A stretch of 64,000 nt of DNA from a virus (lineage: Duplodnaviria > Heunggongvirae > Uroviricota > Caudoviricetes), in the IMG/VR virus record IMGVR_UViG_3300023210_000014, positions 50,797-114,796 of that record. One strand, given 5' to 3'. Position numbers and translations under genes: made by a program. Below are positions 54,817 to 62,800 of the stretch, piece by piece; position 1 is the stretch's first letter, and every line of letters starts with the position of its first letter. The notes under the pieces were generated by a model. It had not been told where the DNA came from. It made no database searches and saw nothing but the letters and a program-made list of their open reading frames with translations.

Positions 54817-56682
54817 ATGTCACAAAAAACAAGATTTAATTACCTGAACAGGGATTACACATCAATCAAAAAAGATCTGCAAACACATCTCAAGGTGTAC
54901 TACCCAGATCAGTATAATGACTTCAATGAAGCTAGCGTGGGAATGATGCTGCTAGAGCTCGTGGCACAGACTGGAGACATACTAAGCTATCACGTAGATG
55001 ATAAATTTAATGAGCTCTTTTTAGACAGTGCAACGGATAGAAACTCGGTCATTCGCTTAGCTAAGAATTTGGGATATCGTCCAAGGGGGAAAACCGGAGC
55101 GAGTACCTTACTGAATGTCGCTATTGACGTTCCGACACTTGGCGATCATTACGACGAGGATTATCTGGTGACTTTAGGCATTGGATTCCAGGCGCAAGGA
55201 GGAAATGGAATCACGTATATCTGCGATGAACCCATTGATTTTTCCTCTCATTATTCTCTCAGTGGAACTCCGAACAGAACTATTGAGCCAAATTATAATT
55301 CCTCAGACGAGATTGTCTCATACAGAATCACAAAGACTGTGTTAGCACACGCTGGCGAGACTAAAATTGCCACTGTGGAGATTACGAACGACCGTGGAGT
55401 GCCATATTTTAATTGGACACTCGACGAGGATGACAATTCCATAATCGATATCCGTAACATTGTTTCAACATCAACTCGATTTGCTCCGACCAGTGAATCG
55501 GAATGGGTTGCTGCTGGCTCAAATTTAGTTTGGTATGAGATGCCATCTTTGGCACAGGAGCGTACATTCATTGATACGTCCAGTGTGGGAGACTATAGCG
55601 AAGGTCATTGGCATTATACCGCACAGAGATTTATCAGCGAATATGATCAATATGGTTTATTGAGTGTCACGTTTGGAGCGGGTGTAAAGGACGTAGACAA
55701 CTTCGACGATTTTATCACCAATGGAATGGCGGGATTAAACCCGGGCGATTTACTCAATAATGATTCACTCGGGACAATTCCAGAACCCGGAACTTATTTA
55801 CATTGCAGGTATTTGACTGGTGGAGGATTCAACACCAATACTGGCATGAATAATATTACGAACGTCAAGCTACAGGAAATCACAAATGTACCCGGAGGAG
55901 CTGCGCTTCCAACCGACAAATATACGACTGCGATAAATTCAATAACCGTCACTAATCCTATCCCAGCGGTTGGTGGGCGCGACTTTGAGACTGTCGCTGA
56001 AATCAAAGAGTATGCCAAGAAGAATTTTTCCTCACAAGATCGTTGCGTAACTGTAGATGATTATTCTTCCCGAGTTCAGTTGATGCCTTCCAAATATGGT
56101 AACGTCTTCCGATCACATGCCAGTGCGGATCCCGAAACCATGTCGACTGCACTTTATATTTTAACACGGGACTACGAAGGTAAACTGAAAAACACAGAGA
56201 ATGACACTGTAAAGTTTAATTTAGCAAACTATCTGTCCCAATACAAGCTCTTAAATGACTTTGTTAATATTTATGATGGTAGAATCATCAATTTGGGCAT
56301 AGAATTCACACTGCAAATCCAAGCTTCATATAATAAGAAGGAAGTGTTAGTGAACGCTATGAACATGTTAGCTAAGCATTTCGAGATCTCACAGTGGAAT
56401 ATGAACGAAACTATTTTCATAAGTCAGATCAACGAAATGTTATTGGAACAGCCTGGAGTTGTTAACGTCGTGAAATTATCCTTCCTCAATAAAATTGGTG
56501 GAGATTACTCTTCAGACGTTTTAGCGATCAACTCTGGACGTCTAGACCTAAGAGATGCAGCACAAATAGCTCAAAATGGATTTATCTATATAACACCAGT
56601 GAATAATTCTATCAAAGCGCCAATGACTGGCATGTTCGAGATAAAATATCCTCAAAAGGATATCAGAGGATCAGCGATTTAG
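54817..56682 (+). CDS. baseplate J-like protein (gp6/gpJ-like)
   Basis: 621 aa, immediately downstream of the gp25/W-like gene. Assigned by synteny and size. Confidence 0.45.
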   Translation: MSQKTRFNYLNRDYTSIKKDLQTHLKVYYPDQYNDFNEASVGMMLLELVAQTGDILSYHVDDKFNELFLDSATDRNSVIRLAKNLGYRPRGKTGASTLLNVAIDVPTLGDHYDEDYLVTLGIGFQAQGGNGITYICDEPIDFSSHYSLSGTPNRTIEPNYNSSDEIVSYRITKTVLAHAGETKIATVEITNDRGVPYFNWTLDEDDNSIIDIRNIVSTSTRFAPTSESEWVAAGSNLVWYEMPSLAQERTFIDTSSVGDYSEGHWHYTAQRFISEYDQYGLLSVTFGAGVKDVDNFDDFITNGMAGLNPGDLLNNDSLGTIPEPGTYLHCRYLTGGGFNTNTGMNNITNVKLQEITNVPGGAALPTDKYTTAINSITVTNPIPAVGGRDFETVAEIKEYAKKNFSSQDRCVTVDDYSSRVQLMPSKYGNVFRSHASADPETMSTALYILTRDYEGKLKNTENDTVKFNLANYLSQYKLLNDFVNIYDGRIINLGIEFTLQIQASYNKKEVLVNAMNMLAKHFEISQWNMNETIFISQINEMLLEQPGVVNVVKLSFLNKIGGDYSSDVLAINSGRLDLRDAAQIAQNGFIYITPVNNSIKAPMTGMFEIKYPQKDIRGSAI

Positions 56683-56789
56683 ATCTTTAATACTAAATTC
56701 TAGAGACTAAAGATCGTAAATTAATTTTGCAAACTACCCCATGGGTCCATGCGATGGTCTTAAAAGATCAAAAATACAAAGGAAAACAA

Positions 56790-57173
56790 ATGAAAGATAA
56801 GAAACTATTAGAGATGAAACAACTATTGGAGATGAGTTCTGCTCAACCAGTAATAGAGGAAGCTAAAAAGCCCATCACAAAATTTAGCAAGAGTGAAATC
56901 ATGTCAACGCTGAAAGTTGTAAAGGCATTTGGCAAGGCAATGGCTATTGTCGATAAACAGGGCTTCGTCGAGGAAGATTTTGAAATCCTGGATAAAGTTG
57001 TCCAGTCCGATTGGCCATTCACAAGTAAACAACTCCAAGCGATTATCATGAAGGTCGAAAATCTGGCCAACGCATGTGATGACGCAGAAGAAGTATTGAA
57101 ACATTATTCCAAAACGGGTACTGACGTTGGAAATCATGGACCGCAAATGCCGGGGTATTACGATGAAGATTAA
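56790..57173 (+). CDS. small protein, member 1 of R-x-x-E-L-A-G N-terminal-motif paralog array
   Basis: ATG at 56790 after AAAGGAAAACAA. N-terminus MKDKKLLEMKQLLEMSS carries LLEM twice. Confidence 0.45.
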   Translation: MKDKKLLEMKQLLEMSSAQPVIEEAKKPITKFSKSEIMSTLKVVKAFGKAMAIVDKQGFVEEDFEILDKVVQSDWPFTSKQLQAIIMKVENLANACDDAEEVLKHYSKTGTDVGNHGPQMPGYYDED

Positions 57174-57750
57174 TATGAATGAAGGCGCAGGAATTATCGC
57201 CAGTATCAAAGCCATGAAAGCTAGCACCAAACTTGGTGCAACATTGGTTAAGGATGGCGAAGCTATGAAGAAGCTATTGGCTAAGAGTACATCGCCTGAA
57301 GATGCTTTGAAGATACTCAAAAACCATATCGCTGCATGTAAGAAGAAGATTCAATCAACCAAAGATATGGACGAAGAGCTTAAGGCCTCATTTGAAGAAA
57401 GTTTCCTCAATGCGATTTATGGCGGTATGGCATCTGACCTTGGTGTTAGTGTTGGCAAAATAAAAGCCTTACTTGAGGTTGCCAATGGATATGATATTCA
57501 TCTAGAGACAAACCGCATGCAAGAGTTAGCCGGAGTTATGTTAACTGAAGGCGGCAATTTTAAATCATTGTCAAAGAAAGCTGAAAAGTCATTAGACAAG
57601 CTTGAGAATGTGTTCAATAAATTATCTGACGACATGGAATCATATGCCACTCACGATGAATATTTAGGCTATGATGGTGACGTAGTTGAAGAGTTAAATA
57701 AAATAGAGAGCTCTATTGGAGCCCTAAGAGCGGATTGTTTTAATGAGTAA
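57163..57750 (+). CDS. small protein, array member 2 (motif at N-terminus and again internally: NRMQELAGVM)
   Basis: Alternative ATGs at 57163 and 57175. MKINMNEGAGIIAS at the N-terminus and NRMQELAGVMLTEGG at about residue 130. Confidence 0.4.
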   Translation: MKINMNEGAGIIASIKAMKASTKLGATLVKDGEAMKKLLAKSTSPEDALKILKNHIAACKKKIQSTKDMDEELKASFEESFLNAIYGGMASDLGVSVGKIKALLEVANGYDIHLETNRMQELAGVMLTEGGNFKSLSKKAEKSLDKLENVFNKLSDDMESYATHDEYLGYDGDVVEELNKIESSIGALRADCFNE

Positions 57751-57976
57751 TATTAAACGTATGAAAGAACTTGCAGGAATTATTAGTGAAGCTGCAGGCA
57801 ACAATTATTATAAATCGACCAAGGCTGATTTTCTGAGAGACATTGACAGCGCCGAGAAGGAGCTTGGTGACATTTTAATTAGCCAGGATGATGGTTCGGG
57901 AAATCTTAAGAAGCAAATTGAAAGTCTTGATCGTGCCTTTAGTGATATTGGCAAAGCTATTAAGAAATTACCTTAA
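57743..57976 (+). CDS. small protein, array member 3 (MSNIKRMKELAGIISEAAG...)
   Basis: 77 aa with the canonical motif. Confidence 0.5.
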   Translation: MSNIKRMKELAGIISEAAGNNYYKSTKADFLRDIDSAEKELGDILISQDDGSGNLKKQIESLDRAFSDIGKAIKKLP

Positions 57977-57986
57977 GGATAATCAG

Positions 57987-58196
57987 ATGGGCAAAACACA
58001 AAAAACAGAAACGGTACGAATTCTTGAGCTGGCAGGGCTTGGGTCTGTTGGTTTCTCTCCTCCAGAAAAATTAGAAAATCCGGTAATTCCCACCGATATT
58101 GAAGAAGCTGTCTTAGAAGAAGGTGCTGCTGCCAAAAACTCTTGGACGAAAAAAGATGTTACTGATATAAAAGCTGTGCTAGAGGATATGAAATGA
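57987..58196 (+). CDS. small protein, array member 4 (MGKTQKTETVRILELAGLGS...)
   Basis: ATG at 57987 after TAAGGATAATCAG. 69 aa. Confidence 0.5.
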   Translation: MGKTQKTETVRILELAGLGSVGFSPPEKLENPVIPTDIEEAVLEEGAAAKNSWTKKDVTDIKAVLEDMK

Positions 58197-58444
58197 CGAC
58201 CAATAGAATGCTCCACATCAATTCGTTGATCAATGAAGCTAAGAATCAAAAATTAACCAAACAAGATATCAGTCGTGCAGTTGACATGTTGTACAAGAGT
58301 GTCGACCTAAATGTTCCAGACGACTTCGCTATCGAGATGATAATGATATCTATGGAAGAGTTAGAACACATGGCTATCGACAAAAAGCAAGCGAAGGAAA
58401 TATTGAAAGCCTTCGATAAGAAACATACGAGAGTTGAAGACTAG
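58193..58444 (+). CDS. small protein, array member 5 (degenerate motif NRMLHINSLINEA)
   Basis: 83 aa, coupled ATGA. Confidence 0.4.
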   Translation: MTTNRMLHINSLINEAKNQKLTKQDISRAVDMLYKSVDLNVPDDFAIEMIMISMEELEHMAIDKKQAKEILKAFDKKHTRVED

Positions 58445-58467
58445 TGAGTAACAGAGAATCAGATAGA

Positions 58468-58563
58468 ATGAAACACCTTGCTGGGATTATTTCCGAAGGT
58501 AAGACTCCCAGAGTGTATATTGACACAAAAGAAGTAGCTTCATATGCTAAGAGGCAAAAATGA
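58468..58563 (+). CDS. very small ORF, array member 6 (MKHLAGIISEGKTPRVYIDTKEVASYAKRQK)
   Basis: 31 aa from the ATG (or 39 aa from GTG at 58444). Carries the motif. May be a truncated copy. Confidence 0.3.
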   Translation: MKHLAGIISEGKTPRVYIDTKEVASYAKRQK

Positions 58564-58814
58564 AAGATATTAGAGAAATGATGGAATTGTCAAATAAGAA
58601 ACTCATAATTGAGTCAATTGATATAGCAGAATTTGAAGATTGGCTACAAGGCACCGGTGAACCAAATTTTACAGGTAAAGAAGCCAAGCAATTAAATTCA
58701 ATTTTGAATAAGTTTGGAATCTCGGACGAATATAGTATTGATTTAGACGATTTATCCAGCTCAGAAATCAAAAAATTATCAAAAGCAATGAAACCGTTTG
58801 GATGGGAAGAGTAG
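58560..58814 (+). CDS. small protein, array member 7 (MKDIREMMELSNKKLII...)
   Basis: 84 aa. Motif variant with Ser for Ala-Gly. Confidence 0.4.
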   Translation: MKDIREMMELSNKKLIIESIDIAEFEDWLQGTGEPNFTGKEAKQLNSILNKFGISDEYSIDLDDLSSSEIKKLSKAMKPFGWEE

Positions 58815-58817
58815 AAT

Positions 58818-58985
58818 ATGAAATCACAAAATTCAAAAACGGTACGGATAATGGAGTTGGCTGGGATCGAGATTGACTCTCAAACATCCCCAGAAATTTT
58901 CAAAACAGCTGACCAAGCTAAACTTGCCAGTGATTGGGAAAAGTTTCTCGACAAACATAACGCCGGAACAAATAAGGGGAATTAA
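58818..58985 (+). CDS. small protein, array member 8 (MKSQNSKTVRIMELAGIEID...)
   Basis: 55-aa ORF, not in the supplied track because it is under 60 aa. ATG follows the previous TAG. Confidence 0.4.
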   Translation: MKSQNSKTVRIMELAGIEIDSQTSPEIFKTADQAKLASDWEKFLDKHNAGTNKGN

Positions 58986-58988
58986 GAA

Positions 58989-59177
58989 ATGAACATAGAA
59001 CAAAGACGTATGCTTCGAATGGCAGGAATGCTAAAAGAAGCATCAACATTGAATGAAGGAAAAGAGATCGATGTTTTATATGAAGCACTTCTCTCAGTTC
59101 CCTCATTTAAAAATCTCGGCATGGACCGTCAAGGTGAATTGACCATGAAGATTATGAAAATGATTCAAAAAGGATGA
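58989..59177 (+). CDS. small protein, array member 9 (MNIEQRRMLRMAGMLKEAS...)
   Basis: 62 aa. Confidence 0.45.
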   Translation: MNIEQRRMLRMAGMLKEASTLNEGKEIDVLYEALLSVPSFKNLGMDRQGELTMKIMKMIQKG

Positions 59178-59542
59178 ACGAGTCAAAAAGGATTTTAGAA
59201 ATTGCTGGTTTGATCAATGAGGGAATGGGAAGAATCACTCAACATGGTGATTACGACCGTGCACTTTTTTCTGTTGACTGCAAAGCAACCGACTTTGCTA
59301 CAATAAAAAAGAAAATCAAAGCTGGTGAAGAATTAGGTCTTGATGTTGACATTCGAGATTACCATACTGGAGGATCTGATACTTGGGAAGATGCAAAAGG
59401 GAATATAATTTTTGTATCAAGTCTCTTGCTCGTTCTCAAAGGTAAAAAATATTGGTCGGGATTTGACAATCCTGATAAACCTGAAGTTGTTGTTCCCGTT
59501 GGGAGCACAAGAATTGGATTATATTTTTACCAAAAAAGGTAG
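59174..59542 (+). CDS. small protein, array member 10 (MNESKRILEIAGLINEGMG...)
   Basis: 122 aa, ATGA coupling. Confidence 0.45.
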   Translation: MNESKRILEIAGLINEGMGRITQHGDYDRALFSVDCKATDFATIKKKIKAGEELGLDVDIRDYHTGGSDTWEDAKGNIIFVSSLLLVLKGKKYWSGFDNPDKPEVVVPVGSTRIGLYFYQKR

Positions 59543-59713
59543 AATAAATTTAAACTTGAATAGCTGCATCATTGGTGTGGCTATTTTTGTGTATAGACCC
59601 CCATCTAACTTGTGTTTTTTCATTGCTAACTAATCGATGATGCTCCTTCTCATATGTTAGTATGCCAATGAATTTAGACAGTCGGATAGCACGTTAAAGG
59701 TCAAGTTGTTCTT

Positions 59714-59743
59714 TTGATTGACTTTTGATATTTACATGCATAA
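59714..59743 (+). promoter_or_regulatory. sigma70-like promoter of a different type (TTGATT-N18-TGcATAAT) upstream of the large lipoprotein gene
   Basis: TTGATT at 59714-59719 and extended -10 TGCATAAT at 59736-59743. Followed by a 5'-UTR with a small hairpin (GCCG-tttctt-CGGC) and a GGAGGA ribosome-binding site. Confidence 0.3.
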
Positions 59744-59814
59744 TGGAGAAAACAACCGCGCCGTTTCTTCGGCCGGTCGGTGATAGAATTTAATCTTGGA
59801 GGATTTAAATCAGA

Positions 59815-62800
59815 ATGAAGAAAATATTTGTTGCAATGTTAACCACTCTTGTTGTTTTGGGAGGGTGTTTAACTGAAGACTATAACTTACGAGTTATAAG
59901 GGATAGTGAACGGACTTACATTGGGAAGGATGAGCCTGATACTGGAAATCGACTACGATGGACTGATGCTGATTGGTCTACGTCTCATGCGAAGGTGTGG
60001 GGAAGTGCAGGAGTTATTATCACAAATGAATATAATTTATTTGATGATGATGCTGACACTGTAAAAACTGCATGGCTAAGAGATGTTATTGATACTGGAT
60101 TTGAAGGATTGATTCTTTTAGATTATAATCCAGATATTGTTCCAACATCATGGGCAACAGCCATCGAGGGTAGTTATGGACGAGAAGTTTATAATAGTGT
60201 TTTTAATGCTGGAAAATCTTTGTCTACGCGTACCCTGAAAGTTGATGGAACAAGTGACGAAGTTGTTGCTGTTGATGAAATGTATGGCAATGTTAATTTT
60301 ATCAATCCAGTTGCTTTTAGTGATGAGGCAGGTTTTTCTGGGGAATTGATTGGTATTCTAGAAAATCATATTAATGCTTTATCTACTAAATTTGATTTTG
60401 CAAATAAAAATATTGAAATAGGAATTCAGTTGGCTCATTTTGATTATCAAAGTTATTGGCCTATGGATAAATATTCAATTGGAGATCAAATAGACCCCTA
60501 TGATTTAGGACGTCCTGCCGATAATTATTCGCTAACAGACATGAACAATTTTGACGATTATTATGATGACATTGTTAATGCTTTAAATGTTTACCCCTGG
60601 TTTATTTCTGCTGCGGGAACCAGATTGATTGATGGTCCGACCGGGACTCTTATCTCGTTTAATGTTTTAAATGGGTACTTTTTTCCGGAAGTAAATCCAA
60701 TCAACGTTGATGCTAATATTATATTAGCAAATACAATGCGTGATGCTGGTTCAACTCCTCTGGTTCCAAATGAAAGCTTTATGATTATTGCTGGGGTTCA
60801 AGAGGATGAATATCATGTTGCAAGTGGAAATCAACTTGACTATATAACAATGATCAATAAATTAATACAGGCGGGAATTTATTTTACCCCTGGATCAGAT
60901 GACACACCAGACACTTGGTTTGATTTTCCAAATTACTTACCTGGCGATTGGTGGTACAGAATAAATGAAGATGTTGCCTGGAACTCAAATCCAAATAATC
61001 CAGATTATTTAACCTTACGAAGACATCCAACTAGTTTTAGAGCTTCAACTGGACTCCCGCCATGGGAAACCAGTTATTTAGAATTATCTAGCTCTGAATG
61101 GGATGTTTCTGATGCAGGTAGTTTTACAGTTACAAATTCTAGTGGTACCGATGACTTAATTTATACCCTTAATTCAATACAAACAGCAGCTGGACTTGTT
61201 TGGCAACCTGTTATGGATATTGCTATTACAAATTTTGATGTTGAAATAACGTTAACACCCGGACAAGAACAAATTCACAATGTAACATACACCCCACACT
61301 GGTATTATGATGCTCAGGATTTAACGGTTTTAACTAATATATCGGCTACTCCCGTTGTTAATATTGTTACAAATGGGCCGGTGCTTAATCCCGAATGGAA
61401 AATACTAAATGATAGTTTTACCGATAATTGGGACCCTCCGTCTGCAACCTATAATGCAACAATGACTGTTGATCCAGATCACAAACGAGTGGTGCCAAAT
61501 GATTTTTGGTACAATCATACTCATGGGGTTTTAGGATATTATGATGAATTAGGAGGGGCAGATCTTACTACAGATATAACTGCGGATCCAACTCATGAGC
61601 GTTTTTGGCACATGAATGATGATTACCTAAATCTCGAACGGGCCTGGGCAATTTCAACCGGAGATAGCAATATTTCAATTGGAATTGTTGACAAAGATTT
61701 TGAATCTAGGAGTTTGGATATTGACACTGGTAATGGTGGAGGTTCTAGAAAGTTCTGGAACTTTGGTGAATTAACAGATGATGGTACTCTAACTGGAGCG
61801 AATATTGTTGGTAATGGTCTTGACGATGATGGCAATGGATACATCGACGATTATTATGGATGGAACATGTTGAATTCTTCAAATACTCCTCATTTTACTC
61901 AAGAGTTGATTGACAATGCAACAGATCCATATGAAATGAGTGTAGATATTGAGTCTTCCCAACATGGAACTCAAATGGCATCTTATTTTTGCGGTGCAAC
62001 GAATAATGAAGGATGGTGGATTGGTGATGGTTTAGATTTAAATGCTGCACCAGGAAGTGCTGCTGATAATTTATCCGTTCCAAATCAAAGTACAAATCGC
62101 ATTGCCGGTATTGCTTCTATCGTTTGGAAGCCTAAGGTTTGTGGAGTCACCGGAGTAAATTCAGAATACATTTATCCCGCATCTGGATATGAATTCACTT
62201 CAGGAGGGGCAGCCCATATTGCTGCTGGGGTTCATTATTTTATTGATATGGCTAGAAGAACTGGTCAACCTTACGCTGATTTTAAAGTTGTAAGTCTAAG
62301 TATTACCGCATATAATGCTATGGTTGAGCATGCATTTTATAGAGCTTACGAAGAAAATATTTTGATTTCAGTTGGTGCCGGAAATGGTGGATCAACTCCA
62401 GTTATGACAATTGGACAACACCCAACTGTATTAACAAATGGAGCTCTTCAATATGATTATGATAGATGGTATCAGGGTACGTGGCCTCAGCCTGAAGGTT
62501 TTGATGGGGATATATCTTCTTCTAATTATGGGCCTTTAGTTGATATGTCTGGATTAGCTGCTGAATCTTCGAATGGATGGCATTACGCAGATCCACAATC
62601 AGATGGTGAATTCTGGCCCTTTTCTCATGTTGATGGTCATAATCAAATGTTTACATTGGGACACATGGGATATTATAAAGAAGGAGTTGTTGGCGGGACG
62701 GGTAGGGTTCGTGATGAACATTATTTTACTGGTAACCATTTAGAGGTTGACCCAGCCAGATATTTTTATGGGGTAACTGGAATACAGTATACTGCTGCTC

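Noticed and set aside
59543-59814. Prophage attachment site or integrase near the change in promoter type
   Set aside because: No integrase, excisionase or repressor ORF and no tRNA target were seen in the window. The T4-like replication set argues for a lytic lifestyle. The change of promoter type is noted but is insufficient evidence for a boundary.
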